Assembly: GCA_024278935.1 (NCBI GenBank) | Contig: JAJRSF010000045.1 | Span: 98 to 64,097 of the forward strand | DNA length: 64,000 nucleotides | Source of the DNA: Candidatus Zixiibacteriota bacterium | Lineage (GTDB): Bacteria; Zixibacteria; MSB-5A5; GN15; FEB-12 | Direction: 5' to 3' | In this document: one piece after another, positions 39,601 to 48,685 of the stretch | Numbering within the stretch: the stretch's first letter is position 1 | How the letters are laid out: the number at the start of each line of letters is the position of its first letter | The notes under the pieces: model-generated | What the model was told of the DNA's origin: nothing | Databases searched by the model: none | The model's input: the letters and a program-made list of their open reading frames with translations, nothing else | Translations under genes and position numbers: made by a program

Positions 39601-40860
39601 TTATTTGCTGGTTGTGAACTGAATTGAATGGCTCCTCCATATTGTATCAATCATTCCCGAGGAGATGTTTTTCATTTTATTAACAACACTCTGTCGAACA
39701 AGAAGCGGAGGATCTGTTTTTAGAAACTCAAGTGCAAGTTGTAAGCCTTCTTTTTGATTAATATCCAAAAGACGATAAACAATTGTTGTGCGAATTTCCA
39801 TATCATCTGAGGTGTTGAAAATTTTCACTAATTTTGTAGTCTCACCAATCAGCGTTATCTGATTCACGTCGATAATTTCGTCATCTTTTGTTTCAACTTC
39901 TTTTTGAACAGTAGGGAGAGGTACATAGGAGTTCTGTTTCATGTTGTGATTCTTTGCTGTCGGATTTGAATAACCCGATAATGATAGAAACCAGACAAAG
40001 AGCACCACAGCGGCGACTAAGGAACTAACAGCAGTTGTGGTCTTAGTTACTCGCATTTGACGCAGAGATGAGGCAAAGATTAGAGCAATACCAAGGAAAA
40101 AAGCAATGGAAGGTCCTACCGAAAAATCGAACGCATCGGCAAAAAGTAAACCTATTCCAGTTGAAACAGCACCGGTAATCCATGTTATAATCAACCGCTT
40201 ATTCCAGTTTTCTGAGAAGACCGCAGAAAGTGTAGCAGGAATAATGAGAAATGTAAAAACTACGATTACACCAGCAATTCGGACAGCAATTGTAATAACA
40301 ATACCAACTAAAGCGTAGAAGATGAAATCCCACATAGCAGTTTTCATCCCTTGCCGGACAGCACCTTCGTAATCATCTGATATTTGAGCAAATGGTTTTC
40401 TGAAAAGATAAAAACATAGTCCCGCTACAGTGAAGATAACTCCGCACAGGAGAACATCCTTGGGGGTTGTCCATAGAATACTACCCGCAAGCATTTGATG
40501 AATATGGAGATGTCCCCCCGGCGAAACTCCCACCAAAAAAAGTGCAAGAGCTGCAGCAATGGCGTAGGTAACACCAATAACAGCCTCAAGCGGAATTCCA
40601 ATATCCCACTTTCGTATAAGTGAATAAAAGCTGGCAACAACAAGAGTAGCTCCAAAAGCACATATATATCCTATCAGCGAATCACTATGAGCTTCAAAAG
40701 CAAGATGTGCCGCTATGGCACCTACGGCAGCAACTTGTGCCATTGAAATATCTATGAAAATAATCTCACGTTTGAGAACATGAATACCAACGTATCCTAA
40801 AATAATTGTCATTTCCAAAGCGACAATAAAAGGCAGACCCAGAAGAGAAATAATATCCAT
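39601..40860 (-). CDS. Metal ABC transporter permease (ABC-3 family) with a ~140-aa C-terminal extension
   Basis: The start MDIISLLGLPFIVALEM overlaps the upstream stop (TAATG). The first ~270 aa form an ABC-3 permease core, followed by an extra TM helix and a soluble tail. The upstream part of track ORF 39601-41181 overlaps the neighbouring gene in another frame. Confidence 0.8.
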   Translation of the reverse strand: MDIISLLGLPFIVALEMTIILGYVGIHVLKREIIFIDISMAQVAAVGAIAAHLAFEAHSDSLIGYICAFGATLVVASFYSLIRKWDIGIPLEAVIGVTYAIAAALALFLVGVSPGGHLHIHQMLAGSILWTTPKDVLLCGVIFTVAGLCFYLFRKPFAQISDDYEGAVRQGMKTAMWDFIFYALVGIVITIAVRIAGVIVVFTFLIIPATLSAVFSENWNKRLIITWITGAVSTGIGLLFADAFDFSVGPSIAFFLGIALIFASSLRQMRVTKTTTAVSSLVAAVVLFVWFLSLSGYSNPTAKNHNMKQNSYVPLPTVQKEVETKDDEIIDVNQITLIGETTKLVKIFNTSDDMEIRTTIVYRLLDINQKEGLQLALEFLKTDPPLLVRQSVVNKMKNISSGMIDTIWRSHSIQFTTSK

Positions 40861-41696
40861 TATGATTCTTCCTTTATTCGAGTATGTACTTGCACAGGTT
40901 TTATTATCTTCATCAAAACAGCTCCCAAGAAACATATCCCTAATGCAAGAACAAGAGTAGGTCCATAGGGTAAATTTGCATTGTAAGACAGTACCAATCC
41001 AATAACACAAGCGACAAATCCAACACTCCATCCGATAACAACAGAATGGAGCCATCCTTTGGAAAACATGGCGGCAATAGCAGCCGGAATCATCAGGAAT
41101 GAATAAGCCAATAATACTCCGGCAATAGGTACAATCAAAACAGCAATAATCCCCTGAGTTGCAAAGAAGAAAAAGTCCCACAGCTTTCTATTTTTTAGCG
41201 ATTCAGGGTTCTCTGTAAGTGCAATAAATTTATTCCTGAACTTGTAATGAAAGATCAGAAGTACAATGTAAATTGCTACGGTTATAGCAACAAGTGACCA
41301 ATTTGTCCAAAGCATGGAACCGGCCATAGTTTTTGTCACATAAGCATCTCCTCCGCTGAGTTTATCACTAATAAGAAGGGTAGCAACAAGTGCCAGAGAA
41401 AATATAATTCCGATGACTGCTTCACGCGGGATGAGTGGAGAACGAGGATTTATTGCCACTAGAAGATATGAACCTACTAGAACTGCAAGTGTGGACATTA
41501 TATAAGAACCACTCGTAGCATACTGAACACCAATAGCAATACCTATCAATGAACCGAGGGCTGCAAGCTGAGCCAAAGCAAGATCACTAAAAATTATAGT
41601 TCGTCGAATTACATGAAGTCCCATGTATGTATGCAGAATCAGTACTACTGCGATGAGAGCAATTTGCACAGAAAAGAAACTCCATACTTCGTTCAT
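40860..41696 (-). CDS. Metal ABC transporter permease (ABC-3 family, ZnuB/TroC-like)
   Basis: 278 aa and polytopic, with LALAQLAALGS and FLMIPAA motifs typical of the family. It overlaps the binding-protein gene by 4 nt. Confidence 0.85.
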   Translation of the reverse strand: MNEVWSFFSVQIALIAVVLILHTYMGLHVIRRTIIFSDLALAQLAALGSLIGIAIGVQYATSGSYIMSTLAVLVGSYLLVAINPRSPLIPREAVIGIIFSLALVATLLISDKLSGGDAYVTKTMAGSMLWTNWSLVAITVAIYIVLLIFHYKFRNKFIALTENPESLKNRKLWDFFFFATQGIIAVLIVPIAGVLLAYSFLMIPAAIAAMFSKGWLHSVVIGWSVGFVACVIGLVLSYNANLPYGPTLVLALGICFLGAVLMKIIKPVQVHTRIKEES

Positions 41697-42769
41697 TCAG
41701 ACCTCCTAGACAACTTGCTTACAGTCAGCATTCCTTTATTTTCAGCTGCGTTTAACAGTTTATTTATCCAAAGATCAACCATCTGAAAATAGCTATCGCT
41801 GTTTTTGCTACCGCCAACATAGAGTGGGACAATCACCGGTTCTGCATTTGTTCGTTCGGCTACTGCACGAATCTTCTGTTCATCAAAATAATTTGCTGCC
41901 AGAATGATTTGAATATTGTCACTATGCATTTTAGCAACGAGTTCGTTGACATGTTGGGCTGATGGTGGAATTCCTGGTTTTGGTTCTACGGTACCGGCTT
42001 CATCGAGTCCGAAAATACGTTCGAAATAGACCCAGTTTTTGTGATAGGTAACAATTTGTTTACCTCGGAGTGGCATCATTTTTTTCATCCAACCACCGAG
42101 ATAATCAATCAATAGTGTATCTCCATACTTATTTTTTTCGAGAAACGAAATGAGAGTTCCTTTTTCTGTGAGCTTACAAAGTGTCTCTCCACCTAATAGT
42201 TGAACTAATTTTTCTCCAAATAGTTTTGTGTCGAATTCGTTAAGAAGTGTCTGTAAGTTTTTTTTATAATAAGACTTTCTCTCGGGATCATTTTTTATCA
42301 GTCCGGTTGCAATATTACGAGCAGCAATTCTCATTAAGATAGGACTTGAGTTCATATGTGGATTACCATAAATATGGACTCCACCTTCAGAACGTGATAA
42401 TATTTTCGGTTTTTCAAGCAGTGTCATTCCGTGTGATGCGGCAACATAACCTGTTTTACCACTTCGAATATGAGTATTACCGCTTTTGTTGACAACAGTC
42501 GGAAGCCATAGTTCCAAATCAAGACCTGTTGATATTAAAACGTCTGCATTTCGAACCATGTTTACAAATGAAGGCTTTGGTCTGATAAAGTGAGCATCTT
42601 GGTTACCTTTTACAATAGCCTGAACTGTTACATGGTCACCTCCGATTCTTTGTGCAAAGTATGCATAGTCAGGGAGTGTTGTTACCACATTTAGCTTGGG
42701 AGCTTCTGATGCTGATGCAGTAATTATCGATAATACAATTATCAGTAATATAGAAATAGTTTTCATCAT
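41693..42769 (-). CDS. Metal (Zn/Mn-type) ABC transporter substrate-binding protein (ZnuA/TroA family)
   Basis: It has a signal peptide, then LNVVTTLPDYAYFAQRIGGDHVTVQAIVKGNQDAHFIRPKPS...ADVLISTGLDLELWL, matching the family pattern. Confidence 0.85.
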   Translation of the reverse strand: MMKTISILLIIVLSIITASASEAPKLNVVTTLPDYAYFAQRIGGDHVTVQAIVKGNQDAHFIRPKPSFVNMVRNADVLISTGLDLELWLPTVVNKSGNTHIRSGKTGYVAASHGMTLLEKPKILSRSEGGVHIYGNPHMNSSPILMRIAARNIATGLIKNDPERKSYYKKNLQTLLNEFDTKLFGEKLVQLLGGETLCKLTEKGTLISFLEKNKYGDTLLIDYLGGWMKKMMPLRGKQIVTYHKNWVYFERIFGLDEAGTVEPKPGIPPSAQHVNELVAKMHSDNIQIILAANYFDEQKIRAVAERTNAEPVIVPLYVGGSKNSDSYFQMVDLWINKLLNAAENKGMLTVSKLSRRSE

Positions 42770-42787
42770 AATATTTCTCCTAAAGAA

Positions 42788-44185
42788 TTAATATCGTTCG
42801 TGTTTGTGAGGACCGGCGGCAAAGACCATTTGTAATCTTACCATATTTTCATCAGCACCCGTACCTCGTCCGCTTGAGTAGGCGTAACCTGCTCTGAATT
42901 TGACAAAGGGACTTTGATGCCATGTTAGATTAATACCTGTTTGCTGTCGGTATGCATCCTCTGTTGTCGCTACAGAAGAGAGCAGGGGGTTTTGAGCATC
43001 CGCATATGATTTTACTTCAGGATGGTAATAATCAAAACGCAGGGCTAAAGTGACAGTTCTATTAAGCTTTGCAAGAAATGAACTGTAAAATCCCCATGGT
43101 TTGATATGGTCTATACACGAACCATCAGGAACTTGTATTTCTTTATCAACAAAATACGCTTCACTTCGCCACTCGATATTATGATATCGCATTCGGCTAA
43201 GTGGTTCCCAGGCAATTGTAAAATCAATTCCATAAACATAGGATGCCAATGTTTTTTCGATACTGCCGTCAGTTATTTCCCAAGTATCGTTCCATCCGAC
43301 AAAACCGGTTCCGCCGAATTCTATATATGTACTGGGAGAAAGATCTTTATATATTTTGTAGTGTGAAAGTATACTGGGGCGGTTTTTATTATTCTGTCCT
43401 AAAACAAAAGGGTTGTCGCCATCGGTTACCTGCAAGATAATTTCGTGAGTTGTTTGGCTGATTGCTCCGTTCCAGTCAAGTGACAATCCTGTTTGGTTTA
43501 ATCCACCCGGTCCGAATACCATGCGGAGTGCCAGTGGAAAATCAAACCAATCCAAGGCATGTTTGTGCCATCGATTCACAACACCAAATTGCTGTCGGAA
43601 TTTACCGAGTGTGATATTAGTATTGGGGATAATTCCATAACGAGTAAAATAAACTTCACCAAGTTCAGCACCATTTTCATCAATAGGAATTGCTGCTTTA
43701 AATCGTGAATATGGGTCAAGATATGCCTCAAAATGAAGCCCCATGCCCCGGAAGACTATATCAGAGGTTGTTTGTACATCATCACCATCACGATAGAAAT
43801 GAAGCATTTCTCCAGTGACACTTATTTCCGGGTTCATTGCCTGCAAGCCAAGATTTCCTGATTCAAATGTAGTCTCTTCCTGTTTTGGTTGTGTACTTAT
43901 TTCTTTATCAGCTTCAGCCATTGCAGCCTGCCGAAGAGATTCAAGGTCATTTTTTGTTGATTCGTTTTTTTCGTTACTTAATTGTTTAATTTTGTCATTT
44001 AGGTCTTTTATCTGCTCATTATATTTTTTTTCGAGAATACTTATTTGCTGTAAAATATTTTGCAGTTGTTCCTCAATGTTTTGTTGTTTGGTATTGTTCA
44101 CTTTTTTTTGTTGTGCAATGCATAACGGTGCAAATACAATTGAGAATGATAGAGCTGTAAAGAGTAACAATATTTTTAATCGCAT
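42788..44185 (-). CDS. Putative outer-membrane porin with an N-terminal coiled coil
   Basis: 465 aa with a signal peptide and about 70 aa of Gln/Lys/Glu heptad-like sequence. This is followed by an alternating aromatic/Gly beta-barrel-like sequence, an architecture like OprO/P-type porins. It is the first gene of the metal-uptake operon. Confidence 0.5.
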   Translation of the reverse strand: MRLKILLLFTALSFSIVFAPLCIAQQKKVNNTKQQNIEEQLQNILQQISILEKKYNEQIKDLNDKIKQLSNEKNESTKNDLESLRQAAMAEADKEISTQPKQEETTFESGNLGLQAMNPEISVTGEMLHFYRDGDDVQTTSDIVFRGMGLHFEAYLDPYSRFKAAIPIDENGAELGEVYFTRYGIIPNTNITLGKFRQQFGVVNRWHKHALDWFDFPLALRMVFGPGGLNQTGLSLDWNGAISQTTHEIILQVTDGDNPFVLGQNNKNRPSILSHYKIYKDLSPSTYIEFGGTGFVGWNDTWEITDGSIEKTLASYVYGIDFTIAWEPLSRMRYHNIEWRSEAYFVDKEIQVPDGSCIDHIKPWGFYSSFLAKLNRTVTLALRFDYYHPEVKSYADAQNPLLSSVATTEDAYRQQTGINLTWHQSPFVKFRAGYAYSSGRGTGADENMVRLQMVFAAGPHKHERY

Positions 44186-44293
44186 CTATAACTCCTTTTA
44201 AGTTTTTTGAGTACAGCAATATATGAATCACATTATTGGAATGGAATTATTGCAAAACTCATAGATTTAGCTTAGACAAATGAATTTGTTTGG

Positions 44294-44701
44294 CTAACAA
44301 GGAGGAGAGCGAGGACTGTTTTGGGATAAGTCGGGTGATGTAACAATTGATATTGGTTTGAATAAATTGAATATTGTTTTAGTATCTGAAAGAATTGGGA
44401 CAGGAGGTGTGAGTGGATATTCAAAATTGAGGCTAGCAAGTAACAAACATACAAAACAAATACTTGAAAAAGAACTTGTCGATTTATCTGGTATAGAAGT
44501 ATTTGCTAATAGTAGAGCATTGTCTGAAGATACATAATTTATTTGCTGTTCACTGTGACAATGGCTTGGGGATTCTATACAATCAAATTGTTCGCTAGAA
44601 TGATAATGGCTTGCATTAAGGAGGACGGAAAATAATACAAACCAGATAGGTAAAATATAAGATAAAATATTTTTAAATCTATAAATCAATCCATATGTCA
44701 T
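44294..44701 (-). CDS. Hypothetical membrane-anchored His/Cys-containing protein
   Basis: 135 aa with one N-terminal TM helix followed by ASHYHSSEQFDCIESPSHCHSEQQ. The support is weak: ORF length and position upstream of the metal operon only. Confidence 0.3.
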   Translation of the reverse strand: MTYGLIYRFKNILSYILPIWFVLFSVLLNASHYHSSEQFDCIESPSHCHSEQQINYVSSDNALLLANTSIPDKSTSSFSSICFVCLLLASLNFEYPLTPPVPILSDTKTIFNLFKPISIVTSPDLSQNSPRSPPC

Positions 44702-44884
44702 ATCTTAATAACCCATTAATTGTTTTCAATATAATAGAACTCATCAAAGGCGAATCAATCTTGTATCAAAATAATGTAATAGTATGTCTTGTGCAAATAG
44801 ATAGTGAAGTATATTTTAATCTTTTTTAAACAGAGATTCAAATCAAAACCTGAAAAACGATTCCGTAGAAACCACCTAAGAAAA

Positions 44885-44946
44885 GTGGTCACAATAGAGT
44901 TGTAAGTCCTTGTGCCACAACGCGAGCATAGGATTTGCCTCCATTC
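44885..44946. repeat. Decayed internal copy of the island right-end / att region
   Basis: GGTCACAATAGAGTTGTAAGTCCTTGTGCCACAACGCGAGCATAGG (44887-44932) matches 53145-53189 with a few substitutions and one indel. It is followed by GATTTGCCTCCATT, which resembles the att core GATTCCCCCCACCTCCATT. Confidence 0.55.
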
Positions 44947-45075
44947 CCTGTAATCCACTATAAATCATCGTGTTACAGGATTTACCGTGGAGAGATTTTT
45001 ACATATGACCCTCTTTAACACCGAATAACGATCTGCCCAATTAAGTATTTATTAATTTATTAAAAAAAATAAAGA

Positions 45076-45124
45076 TTGACAAATAATTATAATGCACTAT
45101 ATAGGCTAGCAAGTACTAGCTAGC
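45076..45124 (+). promoter_or_regulatory. Putative promoter and palindromic operator of the TetR-RND operon
   Basis: TTGACA (45076-45081), a 16-nt spacer, then TATATA (45098-45103). The 20-bp imperfect palindrome GCTAGCA-AGTACT-AGCTAGC follows at 45105-45124, 12 nt before the GTG start of the TetR gene. Confidence 0.5.
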
Positions 45125-45136
45125 AAAGGAAAAGAA

Positions 45137-45751
45137 GTGAAAAAAAACGAACAAAAAGTCAATAGTCGACAAAAAGAAATTCTAAAAGAAACCATGTTTC
45201 TTATTCGCCAAGGTGGTCTGCAAGCGGTCACGATGAAAAAAGTTGCAGATAGAGTGGGTATTAAGGAGCCTTCGGCTTATCGATATTTTCCAGATAAAAC
45301 AAAACTTCTTATTGGAATAATAAATAGTATAAAAAAAACTTTACTTGCTCCTCTATATAAAATAAAATGTTCTGAAGAGACACCATCGATAAGGCTTAAT
45401 AAAATAGTTACTCGTCATATCAAAACAGTTCTCAAATTAAATGGTCTACCTGTGGTTTTTATGGCGGAAATTGCTTCAAGTAAAAAGCATGATCTTATTA
45501 AACATATTAAACTTATTTTTGAAGAGTATCAGCAGATACTTGATGAAACTATTATGGAAATAAATCCAAACCTATCACATTCATCAGTTCAAGAGTACTC
45601 AATGCTTTTTATCGGAATGTCTGCTTCATTGGCTATACAAAAAAGACTGGGTATAAAAAGTGATGTTGAAAAAGATATATTTAAATCATTATTACCAATT
45701 ACGATTCAAAACATATGCGATACAAAAAATAATAAAAATGAAATTACGTAA
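45137..45751 (+). CDS. TetR/AcrR-family transcriptional regulator
   Basis: 204 aa with the N-terminal HTH ILKETMFLIRQGGLQAVTMKKVADRVGIKEPSAYRYFPDKTKLL. Confidence 0.85.
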   Translation: MKKNEQKVNSRQKEILKETMFLIRQGGLQAVTMKKVADRVGIKEPSAYRYFPDKTKLLIGIINSIKKTLLAPLYKIKCSEETPSIRLNKIVTRHIKTVLKLNGLPVVFMAEIASSKKHDLIKHIKLIFEEYQQILDETIMEINPNLSHSSVQEYSMLFIGMSASLAIQKRLGIKSDVEKDIFKSLLPITIQNICDTKNNKNEIT

Positions 45752-45770
45752 TTAAATTTTAGGAGATAAG

Positions 45771-46258
45771 ATGTTTTTTAAAAAAATAATCATTGTAACT
45801 GTCATTATTCTGTCGTTCAGTACATTTTCGATAGCTCAAACTATTCAAACTCAGGATTCTACAAGTGAAAGTTCTCAGCAGTTACAACTTCCAGAAAATG
45901 TTCGTGTTGTTTTAATTCACGAAATGACAACTATCACAAAACTTATGGGGAATCTACTTGAATATATAGTTCAGGGAGATGCTATAAATCATCATCGACT
46001 GCTTTAGAAATAAGAAATACTAATTTGAAGCAGGAATTTAACTCAGAAGAAATTAAGAAGATTATGAAAATTCTGCCAAAAGGATTTATTAAGTTGGATC
46101 AAAAATTTCATATGACTGCTAATGAAGTGGCAAACGCCGTTGATACAAATGATTTCAAAACAGCGATTAGCCTTTATTCAGAAATGACTCAAAGTTGTCT
46201 TAGTTGTCATTCGGCATATGCAAATGACAGATTTAAGAACCTTAAAACAAAAAAATAA
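45771..46258 (+). pseudogene. Frameshifted small secreted cytochrome c-like protein (C-terminal CxxCH, class II-like layout)
   Basis: ORF 45771-46007 has a signal peptide plus helices. ORF 46025-46258 ends in SCLSCHSAY. The second frame is open back to about 45962, so one indel near 45983-45990 joins them (...LEYIVQGDAI / KSSSTALEIRNTNLKQEF...). Confidence 0.6.
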
Positions 46259-46291
46259 AGTAGGTAGTTGAATAAGGCAGATAGGTGAAAA

Positions 46292-47619
46292 ATGAAATAT
46301 AAAATAATTCTTATACTTATTTTGTTTATATGTGTAACTGAGCAATCTCATAGTCATCCTTCGTTGACTTTAGAGGCAGCACTTGAATTATCGTTGTCAG
46401 TGAATCCATCATTGCTAGCGGACAAGCAAAAACAAAAGCAGCTAAAGCCTCGGTTAGTCAAGCGACGGGTTATTTTCTACCTCAACTCAACTTGAATGCA
46501 GGGTATACAAAATATCAGGAGCCTAGTACGATAACTCCGATTCACGAAATCGGAGTTTTCCCAGCACTTGATGATGAAATCTATAATGCAAATTTCAATC
46601 TTACGTTACCTATATTCGATGGGGGGCGTCGCATGTCTAATCGCAATATAGCTAAAGCATCTGAGAATGAAAATAAGGCTTATAAACGACTTACTGAGCA
46701 ATCGTTGATGCAGCAGATAGCATAACTCTTTCTTTTTGCTCGACAAGTCGATGACCAATTCGATTTAATATATAAACGACTTGATGTGCTCAATCTCCGT
46801 TATCAAGATATTCTTGCTTTAGAAAGCGAAGGAAGAGTTCCTCCAGGAGATGTTGCGTTAGTAGCATCGACCTTAGCATCGGCACAAGCAGATTCGATAG
46901 CAGTATATATCTCAAAAAATCAGATAAAATTGAGATTAGGTTTATTAGTTGGGAAATTTCAACCTATACCTCCTATACTGTCATCGGTTAATAATTCTTC
47001 TACTTAAATAATCAAAGAATATTTTAATTCAGGTGTTATTGATACGAATATAATCGGACCTATACTGGAAGCTGCTATAGCTCGGAATCAAAAATCATTA
47101 GCTGTTTCATCAATTGCTAAAAAAAGTTTTTGGCCTGAAGCTTCGTTGTTTGGATCCTACGTGTATCGTTCAGGAGCAGAATGGGATCCTATTGGTGAAT
47201 GGATGGCGGGAGTTAAACTATCGCTTCCAATTTTTCAGGGAGGTACGAGAATAAATAAAATTCGTGAGGCAAGATCTCTAGCATTTGCTTCAGGTCAAGC
47301 TGTTCTTAGTGCTGAATTAGAACAAAAGACTAATTTACAAATAGCATTAGATGATTTTCGTTCAAATCAAACTCGCTATAATTTGCTTACTCAAGCTGAG
47401 AATGAAAAAATAAAATCAGTGACAGCACAGGAAGAACTATATAAAGCCGGACGTATTCCGCTACGGGATTTACATATTCAGGAACTTGAACTTTTACAAC
47501 TGCAAGTTGATAAAAATAAATTATTGTTCTCAGCAAGATCAGCACTTTTGCGTTATGTCTTTATTACAGGAACATTATCAAAAGAAAAGGCAATAAAGAT
47601 TACCGGAGGTTTACAATGA
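46292..47619 (+). pseudogene. TolC-like outer-membrane efflux factor with one frameshift and two in-frame TAA codons
   Basis: Four track ORFs (46292, 46492, 46786, 47146) together spell a TolC-family protein (LTLEAALELSLSVNPSLLA / QAKTKAAKASVSQATGYFLPQLNLNAGY ... LSLPIFQGGTRINKIREA). The frameshift is at about 46421. TAA codons lie at 46723-46725 and 47005-47007 in the continuing frame. Confidence 0.8.
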
Positions 47620-48680
47620 GATTGAAACAGAAATTATTCAATAGATTAAAAACAATTATTGGTTTTGTTGTTATTATTCTAACGTTACAGATTACGTCAG
47701 GATGTTCAAACGATGATGGAGCAAAAGAAGTAATACAACCTATTGCTGTTCGTGTCAGTAGTCCGCAGTTTCTTGATATGTCTGAGCATTTGACATATAT
47801 CGGTACTGTGCATGCAACAAAAGAAATTCCAGTTATATCACAAGTGCAGGGAACGGTTGTTTCTGTACCAATTGAGGAAGGTATGTCATTTAACAAAAGT
47901 GATGTACTTATCAAATTATCAGTACCTGATTTAGACGCGAATGTGAAGAAACTTGAAGCAGAATATGCATATTGGGAACAACATCTCAATGAAGATAAGA
48001 ATCTATTAGCCAAGAATGCTATCTCACAGGAACAGATAGACATTTCAAAAAAAACTTTTGAAACATCGCAAGCATCGCTGGCGGAAGTAACATCTCGCCT
48101 TAGAAAAGCAAAAGAAATTGCTCTGTTTGATGGAACTGTTCTTAAGCATTTTGTAGAACTTGGTCAACATGTTATGCCGGGTCAATCTTTATTGTTGATT
48201 GGCAATAATCAACTTGAGTTGCATGTTGAAGTCATCCAAGAAGATATTAATAAAGGAATTAAAGTAGGTACTGTTATTAATATAATTACGCATACAGGTA
48301 ATAAAATTGCTTCAAAGATTTCAAGTATCGCATCAGCTCCAACAGGGATTGGCAGAACATTTACTGTTAAAATTCAAATCCCGACACAATCCCTAAATGA
48401 AATTCGTTTGGGAGAAGCTCTTACAGTTGATCTTATTTTAAATCAACAAAAACAGGTTTTATCAGTTCCGGAAACAGCAGTATTTAATAAAGAGAATAAG
48501 AAGTTTATTTTTCTCATTAAAGATAATAAAGCGATTCGTACACCTGTCTCACTTGGGATAAAACAAGCAGGATGGGTAGCAACAGAATTTGATTGGAATG
48601 GCAAAGATCCGGTAGCGGTTTCAAATATTGCAAATCTATCTGACAGCATAATAGTGTATCCTGTAAAAGATGAGAGCTAA
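47616..48680 (+). CDS. RND efflux periplasmic adaptor (membrane fusion protein)
   Basis: 354 aa with a lipobox-like ITSGCSND, then barrel-sandwich, coiled-coil hairpin and beta-barrel order typical of the HlyD/AcrA family. Confidence 0.8.
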   Translation: MRLKQKLFNRLKTIIGFVVIILTLQITSGCSNDDGAKEVIQPIAVRVSSPQFLDMSEHLTYIGTVHATKEIPVISQVQGTVVSVPIEEGMSFNKSDVLIKLSVPDLDANVKKLEAEYAYWEQHLNEDKNLLAKNAISQEQIDISKKTFETSQASLAEVTSRLRKAKEIALFDGTVLKHFVELGQHVMPGQSLLLIGNNQLELHVEVIQEDINKGIKVGTVINIITHTGNKIASKISSIASAPTGIGRTFTVKIQIPTQSLNEIRLGEALTVDLILNQQKQVLSVPETAVFNKENKKFIFLIKDNKAIRTPVSLGIKQAGWVATEFDWNGKDPVAVSNIANLSDSIIVYPVKDES

Positions 48681-48685
48681 ATATT

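Noticed and set aside
40861-41181. The upstream ~106 codons of track ORF 39601-41181 (MGLFLLCNSGDYCC...).
   Set aside because: This part overlaps the upstream permease gene in another frame. The real start is MDIISLLG at 40860, forming a TAATG stop/start overlap.
44755-44958. A 67-aa minus-strand ORF between the two island modules.
   Set aside because: It covers the decayed att-like repeat and has no RBS or motif. It is most likely non-coding.
45088-45093. TATAAT hexamer upstream of the TetR gene as the -10 element.
   Set aside because: It lies only 6 nt from the TTGACA box. TATATA at 45098-45103, with a 16-nt spacer, is the geometrically plausible -10.
22804-47007. The idea that TAA is reassigned to a sense codon in this organism.
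   Set aside because: TAA terminates most well-conserved genes I checked at their expected C termini (arsM, alr, yggS, MCP1, MCP3), so a global code change does not fit.
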